NCBI GenBank assembly: GCA_051313645.2
Contig: JBNRSN020000008.1
Location: forward strand, 90,458,001-90,522,000
From: Centroscyllium fabricii
Taxonomy: Eukaryota
Direction of reading: 5' to 3'
DNA length: 64,000 nucleotides
Shown here: piece by piece, positions 12,888 through 27,349 of the stretch
Layout of the letters: every line of letters starts with the position of its first letter
Position numbering within the stretch: position 1 is the first letter of the stretch
Notes under the pieces: generated by a model
The model's input: only the letters and a program-made list of their open reading frames with translations
Databases searched by the model: none
Told to the model about the DNA's origin: nothing
Position numbers and translations under genes: made by a program

Positions 12888-13395
12888 TCAAAATGTTTGT
12901 TTCAAGCAGTCACTCGGTTTCTTAGGAGCCAAACTATATACAGACAACTTCGTAAAATATTAATGTAAATCGCGTCGAAAGTCCCTCCTTTATAAAAAGA
13001 AAGTTACATTTGTGGAATACAGTGGTGCTACCAAGGTTGTAGTAATTACAGGCTTTGTATCGAGCAGGATTCTATCCCATAACTCAAACTGTGACAATGA
13101 ATGTAGTATTTATGAGATACATATTTTATGATCAGAAGTGTAAAACCACAGAAATCCGATTTCAAGAAGCTGTTTGTATCTCGCGAACATCATGAAACAT
13201 TCGACGCTACACAGTATTAAATGTAGTTCAGTGTTCGACGCCTTTTGATTAAATGTTTTTTTAATGTGTATTAAATTTGATTAAATATGTTTTTTAATGT
13301 GTATTAAAAAAGGGAGGAGGTCTCACTAAAATGTTCCAGTTGTACACCACCAAAAGAGCTGAACAATTAGATCCCAGACTTTGCATTTCCAGTTA

Positions 13396-13590
<195 letters not shown>

Positions 13591-13818
13591 TTACTTTCCT
13601 CTCTTTTTAAACCCAGCGCCAGCTAAGCAAACTCAGTTACGGTCCATATATTTTAGCTGGTAAGCGGTCATGTAACATCCGTCGAAACTAGCACTCACGT
13701 ACCAAGGACTCTAAACTCACCGGTTAATTGATTCTGTATTTTTTTTAATCTTTAAAATCTTGATTTATCAACGGAATTCATTAAAACACGCGCAGGTAAA
13801 AAAATCGGAATTTCATCA

Positions 13819-14070
<252 letters not shown>

Positions 14071-14161
14071 TTAAGATCATTGAGGAAAACAGGACAAGTC
14101 TGGGAAGCACTTACCGAAATAATTGTGATTGAACAATTAAACAGTCCCAATCACCAAACTA

Positions 14162-14395
<234 letters not shown>

Positions 14396-14915
14396 TTAAA
14401 ATACGGTGTGTTCAGGCTCGATTGTGTCAGGGTATGTACTATCCATTCACTCGCTACATGTTTCTATGTAGTCCAGTTTCTTAAAAATTTAACTTAAAAG
14501 CATATGGAAGTATTAAGTAAAGTGCGATGCCAGAATGAAATCCCTGTTCTAAAGTTGCTGCAAATACAAGTTTCCTTGTAAAGTTGCATGAACAAGTACA
14601 TTTAACTATTTGAATACGCATGGATTTTGGAAACTAGGGGAGCCGTTCGCTTAGACTATAAGCAGATAATATGTACACAACACAAGTGGTCACAATTTCT
14701 CACTCCAGTCAAAGATATCCGGCCTTTAGAAACTCGGTCGAAACTGGATTTGCCATTTCTACCATCCCAAAGAAATAGACATGGTGTTACGTCTCCTAAA
14801 TAGCCGATATTTTGATTTTATTTCTTGTCACTTTGCACTTGGTAAGCCTTCGCTCGTCCCTCTTACCTAGAATGGTGAAAGTACGTGGCTTTGAGAATGA
14901 AAAAGGTCCACTTAC

Positions 14916-15592
14916 CTGCCTTGCTTAGTAATGATCATTTCCGTTTGATGCCTGTGGAATTTAAGCCACAGCGGCCTATTGCACAAGTACACCTGGGCTT
15001 TGCCGGGAACCAGTCCTGGCTGACCAGAAGAGAATTGATAGAAAGGTCCTCCCTGGTAGCTGTGTCCATACTGTTGAGGGTAAGGGTAACCAGTGGCCGG
15101 ATAGCCTTGGGGAGAAGAATTGGACAGAATGCTATTGTAGGCTCCATTTGTGATCACAGGATGGTGAGCCATATACCTGCTCGGACTGCTAATGGAAAAA
15201 GCAGGATGTGTTGGTCCATGCTGGCCAGTGTAAGGAAACATAGCACTGGGAGCAGTCGGTTGCTGTGGTTGGCTCGATTGTGACAGGAGATATCTGTCTG
15301 CCGCTGATCCATCGAAATTATGACGAATTTCAGAGACCCCGTCCAAAACAGGAGAGAGCTTGCTTCTCTGGACGTCCCCCGACGCGTCCTTGGAGTCAGG
15401 AAAATTGTCTGCCTCTGATTGATTCGTCATCCCCCTGGAAATTTTTTTCAGAGGTGAACTTCTTTCGAGGTTGTCACTGGCCGAGATGATGGGATCGTGC
15501 AAAGCAAGCTCGCTGTTGGGATAAGTGCTGTTCACATTCAGAAATTTCTTAGAGAGCATTATAGATGACGATAAGCAGTGCTCCAACTGCAT
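14916..15592 (-). CDS. TBR1: TBR1 coding exon 1 (N-terminus and start of T-box)
   Basis: Translates [20 protein letters not shown]...[19 protein letters not shown]; ATG at 15592; donor AG|GTAAG at 14915; 677 nt, phase 2. Confidence 0.97.
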
Positions 15593-15905
15593 AGCTAAAT
15601 AAGCAAGCACTTCACCCTATAGAAACACTCAACAGCAGATGCAAAAACCCAACCCGCTTGAAAGCAATTCTTTATGCACTCTCACAAAGGCTTGTACTAG
15701 TTTTTTTTCCCCCAAAAGCGATTGGCCAATTGACACTTTGCAGTAGTAACGAAGGACTCACTTTTGATCTTCCCGGTTGCACAGCTAATGAAACGGCTCT
15801 TGCTATTGGTTAACTGCTGACAGTAATTTAATTAGACAGACATTAATTAGGATAATCACCTGAGTCCTAATGGCAATGATGGCAAATTGCAAGATGATCT
15901 CATTT
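15593..15905 (-). promoter_or_regulatory. TBR1 5'UTR and proximal promoter
   Basis: Repeat-free; overlapping CCAAT boxes (GATTGGCCAAT at ~15720, ATTGG at ~15806); clustered TAAT/TAATTA homeodomain-type sites at 15820-15875. Confidence 0.55.
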
Positions 15906-18900
15906 TAGAAAGACAGTCTGCGTGTTACTAACAAGGAACCTTCCCTCCCCCTGTTTTTGGACAGTGTTACAGCCAGCAAGAGTCTCTGGATACAATCGAG
16001 CTAAATGGTAAAGAATAAGGGTCCCTTAAATTGTTTCGGAGTTTGGTTTTAAATAAAAGAGTTCTGTGTTGCCGAAACACTGATTATTTAAAGATCAGAC
16101 AACACAAACTAGTTAAGTGACCCAGACCAGTTGCAGGAAAAAGTATTCAACTATAAATAGGGGAACAGTCACTCATTTGAAGCGTGGTGCTGTCGCAATT
16201 CCACAATATCACAGTCGTGTCCTTTTTGTGATCTGATGTTCAAACAGTGTTTTGTGTACAATAGTTTACGATATTACTTCAATATTACATGTCACAGTAG
16301 CTCATGTGTATTTCAGGAGGTCGCCGTTGAAATATTTAGGACTTGCATAAAGCACCTTGATGCCTTTGGGGTATCTTTTAGTGGTCCTGTGATTTGTTTT
16401 AAATCCTCGTTTTTGTTACGCGCAAAAATAAGACTAGCACCAACTGTTTTTCAAATACTTTTATCTATTTTTTAATTCGCACTTCTAAAAGTGATATCAA
16501 ACCGCATAATGTGAAGAAATCAGAAGAGATTTTGAGCAAATATGTAATATTAATGAGTCACGGTTTTCAGTACATGGAGAACATTCTGATCTTTTAAATA
16601 TTAAGTAACTGTGAAGTTACAAAAGAATGCTTAATTGTAAAGAACTAAAGAAATTTTACAAGTGTGCTCGGTTCATTTCCTTTCTAATGACCTGGGAAAA
16701 GCTCTGGGAATAAAGTTGTTATACCCGATGCATCCTCGAGACGACTGCTTTAGGGTCGCATCGTTAAAGAAACGTTACGCTTTCACGGCGGTTTTGAACA
16801 GACATCGCTAAAGTAGTTCAGAATAGTACTCGCACATGGCGATAGTTATCAATAGCAACTGGCAAAACGTATTCATAATTACACCTTGCAAATCACTAGT
16901 CAATTTGCATATGAGGGATTTAGGCTGTTTTAAGAATGTCCCATTTATACTCCACTTATAAACTGTCAGCCATCACACGACTTCAATTAACCTTCGTACA
17001 AAGCATCATTGGTGTGAGATTTTTAATCTACAGTAACTATACCAAATTACTCATTTATAAATTATATTAAACTGAATTTTCAAATTCATGTAAAATATAC
17101 AAAGCAGATATACAAAATATTTGGTGCATGTCAGCTTTGCTATAAGATGAAATGAATGTGATTGTCTGTTTTATTAAATATTATTGCTTCAATTTGCATA
17201 TGTTTTCTGCCCTTCTGTAAGTTGGATGCCTTGCAGTCAATGGAAATAGCCTTTTTACAATTATTCCTCGCGAATAACAGAATTCCCCTGTGATGTTCCG
17301 CACCACAGCTTGAAAAGGACCAATTATTTTTCTGTGTGAAAGAACCAGTGATATGGTGGACACTGACAGTTTTTATCGCTAAAAACTGCTCGACTGAAAT
17401 GATACTTGAAATTGCATTCCAGGTTCACTAGCTCCACTATTTGCTTTATTCTCCTACTCGAGTGGAAATGTAGTTTTTACAAGCACTTTAAGCACTGTTA
17501 AATTAGTAACTATGCAAGCCACGACTTATTTCGAAGGTGAAAAGCAGCTACAAAGAAGATTGAAAAATAGTGACTAAATGATATAGAAATAAATGGTCGA
17601 CACACAAAATGGAATTCAGTATTTAGGAGTAACTATGTATATTTACACAGCTGTAGGGCCGTGCTGGAGATCCTGTATCAATACCACTCCAAGTTCCATA
17701 TCCGAAATTTGGATCGCCGTCATAATTCCCGTGGCATTAAATTCATGTCAGGGGTGAGTTTAAAAGTAACTTTGTTCAGGCCCACTATATCCTAGAGACC
17801 CACCACACTTGTCCCATAAACTTCATCGGTTACCCCATACCATTTAAAAATAAAAAGTGAAGGGTACCGTCCTCTCGTAAATCACCAAACGCCTAGGAGT
17901 AATGCAACGTGATTTCTTGTCAATTGTTTTGTTTTTGGCGTTTAAAATGTTTACATTATTCAAATGCATACATTGCAACTTAACCCCGAGTGATTAAAAC
18001 AGTCCAGCAAACATACCAGTCAGGGAAGAGCAAATGGGTTTAAGCGATTTTGAGAATTTCTACAAGTAGGATTTACTGCCATGTGTCTACTTGGCTCACG
18101 GTACAAGTTAAATTTTTTTATTACACTATTATCTCTCTCGCATATTATACCATGTCTTTAGGGCTTTTGTTTTATATCAAAGCATATACAATCATTACCA
18201 ATGCTACATAGACGCAATAAAAACGATTGGAAGATTTTGTTTACCTAAGATGTACAGCCTTTTGTTTAAGATCAGAGATTTCACCATAAATCTAGAATAA
18301 ATATGGTCGATTGATTTTTCAACAACACTATAATACTGCATGAAGATTTGTACTACTGAGGTTTCCATCCCATGCTCGGAACACTATTGCTGCTGAGCTC
18401 CCTATCAGTATCGGGAAAAATCCACCAGCTGGAGAGTTGGAGACTGAATAGTCTTTTCTTGATTACTGAAAAACTTTGAAGAGGCGAACCCGACGACGTC
18501 CTCATCCAAAAATAGCAGGCCGTATCTTAGGATGTTATTGCAAGATTTTTGAAAACAATTCTTCACACAATGGAGTCAAAAGTAAATTTTCTGTAAGTAG
18601 TTTCAGAAACACACGACCGTAGAGATGGTCACCGTTGAAAGCACCGGCGAATGGATTATTATACAAAACCCAACATTGCATCCTCACTGAAGTTGTATCA
18701 TTTTACCTCCGACTTGTGGCTTTTACTCCAGTAATAAAAACCTTTGACATGATGACTAATGTGGGATATCTAGCGCACTATATTATAAATCATTGTGTGC
18801 ATCCCTTTTTGGAGTTGCATTTCAATTACAGATGGCTATGTTTGTTCCTTTTTCCAGGACGAAACAGTACGGCTAACATCGGAATCATTAAGTGAATGCG

Positions 18901-19515
18901 ACCCATCCCAAGTGTGTGAGACTTGTAACTCAAAAACAAATTTAAAACGGAGAGTTTCTCTGGAATTTTTTTTCCTGAAAATATAAACCCACCAACCTGT
19001 TACAAATAAGTGGTACAATCAATTTTAAAATATGATTATCTGTAATGAATTTGAAGTATCGTAGTTCAACACTGCCAATCATTGGAAGTTATGGCTGGAT
19101 TGTATCAAGGTTAATCATAACCGATAACATTTTCAAAAAAAAATCTTGTGCGCCTCTTATTCATGAATTAGTGGGTTAATGTACCTTAACGTTCTCTGTG
19201 CCAAGCAGTTGGTTGAGAAATGTCATTCTTCACAGACGAGATTCTAGTTTGACCTTAGCATCTGCCATATTCACAGCTACGACCCTAGAGGTGTTAGACA
19301 TGTGCTACCTCTGCAGCGCTGAACAGCTCTTAATAAACAAGGAAGGATCAGAGAAATGTATAACTGCTTTTCTGTGTCGAGTTGAGGTTTTGCGCTTTAA
19401 AAACCCTGCAGCACATCATTTTGAAGTCTTCATAAATGACGGATAGTACAAATCTGATTTTCGTGACACTGAAGAGGTATCATACAAATACAAAGATAGA
19501 TCTAACTTTTTCCAT

Positions 19516-19521
19516 TTTATT
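19516..19521 (-). terminator. Candidate PSMD14 polyadenylation signal AATAAA
   Basis: TTTATT on + strand about 330 nt after the PSMD14 stop codon. Confidence 0.4.
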
Positions 19522-19851
19522 AATTGTTTGCGATCTACCAAAGGAAAATTACATTAATAAAAATACCAAAATCAAAATTGGACACTGGTTTAAACTTAGT
19601 TTAAAAAAAAAAGGAAAAATAAGACTGAAATAGATCTGAACCCATCTGTTCTAAACAACTGATTCAAAAGCAACAACAATGACAGGTATTGCACCGTTGA
19701 TAACATCTAAGACTGACGGTGCCGAATGTCGATGCTTTTGATAAGCAAAGTCTTTAGCAGCCTCAGCATTACAAGTCATCGAATATAAACTACACAATCC
19801 AAAAAATAAAATATAACAGGATGCATTAATACTTTGTAGTATTACAGTTCA

Positions 19852-19950
19852 CTATTTAAATACAACTGTGTCCAACATGGCTGCTAGGCACTGCACAATA
19901 TTTGAAGTCATCACTACATCCACATGCTCTTCCAAATGGCGTTTTGGATC
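19852..19950 (-). CDS. PSMD14: PSMD14 last coding exon
   Basis: cacag|[32 protein letters not shown] (TAG at 19854-19852); 99 nt; matches the Rpn11/POH1 C-terminus. Confidence 0.96.
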   Translation of the reverse strand, partial: DPKRHLEEHVDVVMTSNIVQCLAAMLDTVVFK

Positions 19951-21419
19951 CTGTGAAACAATTAGGATACAAGCTATTAACAAATCGGTCATTTTCCAAG
20001 CAAGGCAATAATTTTGTGAAAATATCATATCTTCGGTAAATTCTCACTTTTTTTGTAACATTCCCATTTTTAGGTACTCTATTTACTATAACCGGCCATT
20101 ATAGTGTCTGTATTTTCCAGTAACATGTTAGTAGTCCAGCTTTGAACAATGTAACTGTGAAAATGTTTTACAGTTTTTAAAAACAAAGCAATTAAAATAT
20201 AAAACTAAGGCCCTTTAACTTGAACATTCCTGATTAGAAAATGAAATCATTTCTATATAATATTCATACTTCAAGACTACAGAATACATCCCAGACAGTA
20301 GCCCAGAGGAGGGATTTAAGTGATAGTCCCCAGAATTCCCAGACTGGATTACAGTTTAGAATTCACTGAAGTGTGTCAGCTATTAATGTTCTAGATCATT
20401 ATTTTCCCCCTCTTGCACAACAACTTGTTTGGTACCTTACCTGCGGGCTGGTGTGACGAGCTATTCTGATCTATTGTTTTTTTCCTGTGGTAAAAGTATT
20501 TGGGAATCATTTTGTTGAGGTTTCTGTTCGGTTACTATTGTCCATAATAAAGATCGCAATATATCTAGTACAGTATGACCAAATTATTTTATACATTGAG
20601 TTACAGGGATGGAAGGAAATATATACAAAACATCTGATCCAAATTTTTGAATATATATTCCTGAAATTGTATCTTTATGTTGACTGCAAGTTTTTTTTTT
20701 AATTGCAACTTTCTACTTTTGAAAACAATCATAGCGTCACTGATGCATTGTCTACCGTTAGATGTCCTCACTTCTGCTGTTAAATCACCTGAAAAATGTT
20801 ACTTTTCACAAAATACAAAGATAATATACAAATCTATTTATATAAATGTTTTAAGAGTGTTACTTTATTGTAGATATCACAATTTAATGCATGTTTCTTT
20901 TCTGCCCTCAAACTGGAAATTTAGTAGTACATAGAAATCTGCAAAGCTCCTTTACCAAAGATCAATTGATTGACCGAAGCAATTATGACCACGGAAGTGC
21001 AAAGAGAGACCAGTGTGTGTAACGTTTCGTCCCAGCAGGAGTGACAGGAACATATGTACTGAAATCTTATTTATTTTATTATATTTTGATTTTAATTAAC
21101 TTAATTTTTGCTGCTCATTACTAGGGACTGTTTAAACTTGGTTATTTGGTACCTTACCTGTGGGCCGGTGTGAGCTATTCTGATCTTCTGTGTTTTCCTG
21201 TGGTAATTGGGCTATTGCACAGGTTATCATAGTATAAATTTGAGTTTACTAATGAGAGATTAGTGGACTGTGAAAAGGCATTTGAGTCTGGAGTTCAGCC
21301 TCGAGGTATAGTTTTTGTAAAATTATATTTGAGGGGTTGGAGTATGATATTTGAGTTGGTGTGTATGATCCTAATAAACTGTTGAGAAAAAATAGTTTGG
21401 TTAGGGAGGTGGGAGGGAA

Positions 21420-21950
21420 ACAGTTGAAACTTGTGTTGTGGTGTCTGCAAGTTGTAGGAGGTCCTGGATGTTTCTGCTGGCCTGGATGATAACATGTGCA
21501 GAAAGTCTCCTCGACTGTTTGTGCTCAAGCTCAAGGTTTCTGAACTTCAGGAGCAGCTGACAACACTGACACAATGAAGGCTGAAGGGTTCTGACGAAAG
21601 GTCATCGACCTGAAACGCTAACTCTGTTTTTCTACCGATGCTGCCTGGCCTGCTGAGTTTCTCCAGCATTTTCTGTTGTGATTTCGAAGGTTGAAGGGTT
21701 CCTGGAATGCACATTCCACAAGATGGTCACCACGCAGGCAGAATAAGTTAGCCAGGAAGGGAAGCGAGTGGCCATCCATCAGGGTAGGAAGTCGGAACAG
21801 AAAACTGCAGGAATCCCGAAAGCTGAAAATTCAGTACTGAATACCTGTGACAATGACAACTCGGAGGGGCGCAACCTTAAAGAACACTACAACACCAAAG
21901 AGTAAGTGCAAAATATTTTGGGGATGGAAAGAGAACAGCTAGAAGTCACA
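21420..21950 (+). mobile_element. Degenerate CR1 ORF1-like remnant
   Basis: CxxC...CRK and leucine-zipper-like remnant (LKLKVSELQEQL), interrupted by the Penelope-like fragment at 21591. Confidence 0.45.
21591..21685 (+). mobile_element. Short Penelope-like 3' end starting at the hammerhead core
   Basis: CTGACGAAAGGTCATCGACCTGAAAC...; TSD GAAGG(C/T)TGAAGGGTT at 21576-21590 and 21686-21700. Confidence 0.8.
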
Positions 21951-24900
21951 GATCATAGAATTACATAGGATTTACAGCACAGAAACAGGCCATTCAGCCC
22001 AACTGATCTATGCTGGTGTTTATACTCCAAGAATCTCCCTCATGTAAGCATTGAGACTCCCCTTAAATACATCAATGATGTCTGCTTCAACCACACCATG
22101 TGGCAGCGAGTTCCACATTCTCATCACCCTGTCTTCCGTGCCAGCCGTGGCTCAGTGGTGACACTCTTGCCTCAGTCAGAAGCCTGTAGGTTTTACCCAC
22201 TCCAAAGACTTAAGTACATTATCTCGGTTGACACTTCATAGCAGTACTGAGGGAGTGCTGCACTGTCAGAGGATCAGTCTTTCCAACAAGATGCTAAACC
22301 GAGGCCCCATCTGCCCTCGGGTGGATGTAAAAGATCCCAGAACGCCATTTGAAGGAGGGCAGGGGAGTTCTCCCCAGTGTCCTGGCCAATATTTATGCCT
22401 CCACTAACATCACTAAAATACAAATTATCTGGTCTTTATCTCATTGCTGTTTGTGGGACCTTGCAGCTTGAAAATTGGCTGCCACGTTTCCTACATTATA
22501 ACCATGATTAAACTTCAAAAGTACTTCATTAGTTGTAAAGCTCTTTGGGACATCCTGAGGTTGTGAAAGGTGCAAGTCTTTTTTCTTTAAAAAAAAATCC
22601 TCCTAAATTCTTTATTTGATCTGTTAGTGGTCTTGTATTTTGATCTTATATTTATATCCTTGTTATGGACTCACCTATAGTTTTCCACATCCAGTTTCAT
22701 GAAACCCGTCATAATTTTGAAGACCACCATCAGATCTCCTCTTCGTCTTCTATTTTTCAGGGGCAGCGGGGGGGGAAAGCCCCAGCCTACTCAATCTTTC
22801 CTGATAGTTTCATTCTCTCAATTCTGGTAACATCCTTGTAAATCTTTTCTTGACATTCTCCAGTGCTTCAATATCCTTTTTGTAGCAGGGAGACCAGAAC
22901 TACAAGTGTTGTTTAACCAAAATTCTACATACATTTAACATTACCTCCCTACTTTTATATTTTATTCCTCTCGAAATGAACCCCAGTACTTTATTTGCAT
23001 TCTTTATGGCCTTATCAACTTCTGTTGCTATTGTTAGTGATTTATGTATCTGTATTCGCAGATCTCCTTGCTTTTAGTTTCATCCCTTCCATGGAATAAG
23101 TGGGCTCCTTATTCTTCCTACCAAAATGAACCAACCCACACTTCATTATATTGAATTTAATTAGCCTTTTATCCACTCACTCTGTTAATGTCTTTCTGGA
23201 TTTTGGTGCATTCCTCCACATTATTAGATATACCCCCCAATTTCATCTGCAAAGTTCAACACCATACCTCTAATCGGAGTCCAAATCATTTACATACACT
23301 GTGAACAACAGTGGTTCCAGCACGGATCCTTGTGGGACACCAATTCCTACTTTCTGCCAATCCAGAAAATTATAGCCATCTTTCAATCCATTCTGCTACC
23401 TAGCCTCTGACTCTACACACCCTGATCTTTGTCACGTCGCTTATGTAGCATCTTATTGAAGGCCTTCTGAAAGTCCACACATACCACATCCACAATACCC
23501 TTGCCTACTGTCACTTCTTCAAATAATTTAATAAGGTAGGTTAAACATGACCTTCCTTTGAGAAATTCATACTGACTATTTTATTATATTCTCCATCTCT
23601 AAATATTTTGTAAAATTCTATTATCTTTCCTACCACTTCCATTAATCCAACTGATCTACAGTTTCCTGGATTAGTCCTATCTCCCTTTTTGAAGATAGAA
23701 TTACATTTGATGTTCACCAGTCATCTGACACTATTCCTTTTTCTAATCATTTTTTATGCAGTATATGGATGTTAGTGCTTCTGCTCTCTCCTCACTAGTC
23801 TCTTTTGAGTATCCATGGGTGAAAGCCATCTGGACCAATGTTCCCTATAAGCTGCGAGACTGTCTGGAGGATCCACGCAGCCGGCTCACCGGCTTTTAAA
23901 TGGACAAACTGTGCATGCGCAGAAATGTGAACGGGCTGCACAACCAAAACAAAAATACAGGGAACATTGATCTGGACCCAGAGATTTGTCCTCAAGTTTG
24001 TCTAGTATGTCCTTTCTTTCTATCTTAACTATTGTAATATCTCTCTCAACTTCTATTGTTGTCACTGCTTCTTTGTTAGCCTCTACAGTGAAAACTGACG
24101 CAAAGTATATGTTTGGTATCCCTACAATTTCAGTATCATCCCGTGAGTTTATCTAGCTCACCCACTAGTGACGTTATCCCTATCTTAATTCTCCTTTTGT
24201 TACTTGTGTCTATAGAATACCTTACTGTTTATTTTTATATTCTTTGATATATTCCTTTTATATTTACACATTGCCTTCCTTAGTCTTTTTACCTTTTTCC
24301 TAAGCTCATCATATTTCTTTTTATCATCTGTTTATTGATGATGTACCTAAACCTTTAGATTCAATTTTATACTCACCCCTTTATTAATCCATGGCATTGC
24401 ATTCTTGGCTAGTTTTCTCTTACTTTTAGTGGAATATATTTCTCCTGAAATCTCCTTTAAATATTGCCCACAGTTGTCCTACCTCTGTCAATATTTTAAT
24501 CCAATTTACCTTCCTTTAGCTCCATCCTCAATCCCTCATAGTTGGCTTTTTCTAGTCTATTACATTGGTATTTGTTCTATCTATGTCTCTCTATCATTAT
24601 CTTAAACCTTATTATATAGTGATCACTACTTCCTAGAAGTTCTCCCATGCTTACTTCTTTTATTTGCTCTGGTTCATTTCCCATTAATAGGTCCAAGCAA
24701 TGCTTCACTGTAAAAACTCCACCCTCTTCTCATTCACTCCCTCTCCCTGCCAGTTTATTTGTGGATAGTTGAAATCTACCATGATTATAATTCTGTGTCA
24801 TACTCATTTCGTATATTTAACTACGTATTTTGTCCTCCAGTTACTTTCCCCTATTTAGTATACCCCTAATAGTGTGACTAATCGATTCTTATCAGTTATC

Positions 24901-25200
24901 TCCATCCATATGGATTCTGTTTTATCCCTTTGTTAGTTATATCCTTTCTTGCTACTGCTACTGTGTTATTTATGATGAACACAGCGACCCCATCACCCCT
25001 TCTTCCTTCACTATCATTTCTAAATACATTATAGCCAGCAATATTTAAATGCCAATCCAGTCCTGTCTGCAGCCATGTTTCTGTTATCCCTATTACATCT
25101 ATTTCCTCACTTCTCATTATTGCCTCCAATTTCCCTGTTTTGGTGCTGATGTTCTGTACATTGCTATGCAGGCAATTTAATATGCTCTTATTTTTCATTA
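21950..25200 (-). mobile_element. Old CR1 LINE (endonuclease to 3' end), with a nested SINE
   Basis: APE motif DVIGITETWL in ORF 24896-25198; degenerate RT; CR1 3' tail at ~21955. Confidence 0.8.
22139..22587 (+). mobile_element. DeuSINE/SacSINE1-like SINE
   Basis: tRNA-like head GTGGCTCAGTGG; Deu-like core (GTACTGAGGGAGTGCTGCACTGTC...AAACCGAGGCCCC...GTAAAAGATCCC...GTGTCCTGGCCAATATTTAT); L2-type tail. Confidence 0.75.
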
Positions 25201-25369
25201 CTCCTGCTTTATTTTTATCAGGTATTTTATTATTAATTCCTATAATGTTTCCTGTTCCCCGAGTAAATTTAAAAAAAATCTCTTTTGTACCCTGACCTTT
25301 GCTCTCATCCTAATTTTTAATCTTTGGATTAGTATTATATCCACAATTTTTCAATCCTCTTTAGATACA

Positions 25370-26670
25370 TCAGGAGAATGGCATGAAAGAAGGATAAACT
25401 GGATAACTACAGACCAGTTAGTCTAACAACAGTTGTAAGCTAACTTTTAGACTCCATAAATCAAGATCAAATTATTGAGCATTTAGAGATCTACAGGATA
25501 ATTGAGAACAGCCACCATGGAGCCAACATGGGCAAGTCGTATTTGGCAAATTTAATAGTTTTTGAAGAAGTAACTAACTGTATAGATAAAGGGTATGCAA
25601 TTGATGTACTGTATATGGATCTGCAGAAGGTAATTAATAAGTTGTCTCGCAGGCTTGTTACAAAAATTTAGACATCTGGTTTGAGGGGAAATTTAGCAAC
25701 GTGGATAGAAATTGGTTGGCAGACAGGAATCAAAAGGGTTAATGGTGTTGCTCAAACTGGAGAAGGGTAGAAGTGGTATATCACAGGGATTAGTGTAGGG
25801 AGCACAGTATCAACATTTGCAGGCAACATAAAAGTAGGGAGTTTGGAACACAGTGAGGAAGACTACAAAATAATTCGGAAGGACACAGGCAGGTTGGTCG
25901 AATGAGTAGACAGGTGAAAGATGCAATTTAATGCAAAGAAGTGTCAGGAAACATATTTTTGGTAAAATAAACAAAGAATGGGAGTCGACACTAAATGGAA
26001 AGATACTTAAGGATGTGACCTAGAGGTGTAAGTACATAACTTATTGAAACGACAAGCATAGAAAGAGAAAGCCATAAGGAAAAAAAAGACTAGCAACATT
26101 CCGGGTTTTATAAACAGGGATACAGAGTACAAAAGCAAAGTCATTATGAGAAATTTGTACAAAACAATGATTAGACCACAAGTTACGAGTACCACATGCA
26201 GTTTGGGGTGCCCAATCATAGAAAGGACACTAAAATCATAAACAGCATACAGTGTAGATTCTCCAGGATGAGAAACTATAGTTATGAGAAGAGATTTGTG
26301 ATACAGCGATTACTTTCACAGCAGAAGAGAAGGTTAAGATGAAATTAGTACAACTTTATTTTTTAATTATGAATAATGTTGATGGGGTAAACAGGGAAAT
26401 ACCATTTCCTCTGGTTGGCAAGTCAGTGATGAAGGGTAATCAATTTAAGAGCATGGGGATAGAGGTTAGGAGAAGTTTTCTTATGTAAGCATTTGTTAGA
26501 GCATGAAATGCTTTGTCACAGGGAGTGGATGAGACAATGACCTTTGCATCTATTGAGGAAAGAGCAAACAAACGTTTGAGGCAGAGCCATTAGGGAGAGT
26601 GCAGGACAATTGGATTGTTCTTGCAAAGAGCCGGCACAGATATGATGGGCCCAATGTCCTCCCTCTGTGC
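25370..26670 (+). mobile_element. Old CR1 LINE RT to 3' fragment
   Basis: Degenerate NYRPVSLT, QHG and QFN motifs; CR1-type 3' end. Confidence 0.75.
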
Positions 26671-26952
26671 GAAAAGCATCCCTAGTTCCCCAAGGGGTAC
26701 CTGAGCAGTGGACTTAAAGGCCTAACTAAGTTTGAGGCTAATCATTGCAATCATACTCCAAATCCCGGTTTACCTGTGACCAACACCAAAGAAGATCTAT
26801 ATGAAACTTTACATACTTAATCACAGTACCTGTACTTCCAAATCAATTCAGGATTGCACACAAACACAACTCATCCTGATCATCGATTCATTTCTGATTA
26901 AATTGATTATGGGAAAAGCATACTCTTGGTTATTCAGACATTCCATACTCAC

Positions 26953-27015
26953 TTGTTTCCCAACATTTTTAATTGCTAGTTGTTCAGGAGTCATTTTATC
27001 CTCCTCCTCCACAGC
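26953..27015 (-). CDS. PSMD14: PSMD14 penultimate exon
   Basis: tacag|AVEEEDKMTPEQLAIKNVGKQ|gtgag; 63 nt. Confidence 0.95.
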
Positions 27016-27160
27016 CTGTAAGGGAAATAAATATTGAAGTGTACACAGTTTATTATTATCTCACCAAAACATTTACGGCAAATTACTATTGGGTTTAAAA
27101 AAAGATGCTCGGGGTAAAACTATTTTTGCATGCAATAGCTTTACTAGTACAGAGCAGTTA

Positions 27161-27349
<189 letters not shown>

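Noticed and set aside
15593-15610. ORF-track extension MLAYLA before MQLEHC
   Set aside because: Starts at GTG; the recognisable TBR1 N-terminus begins at ATG 15592.
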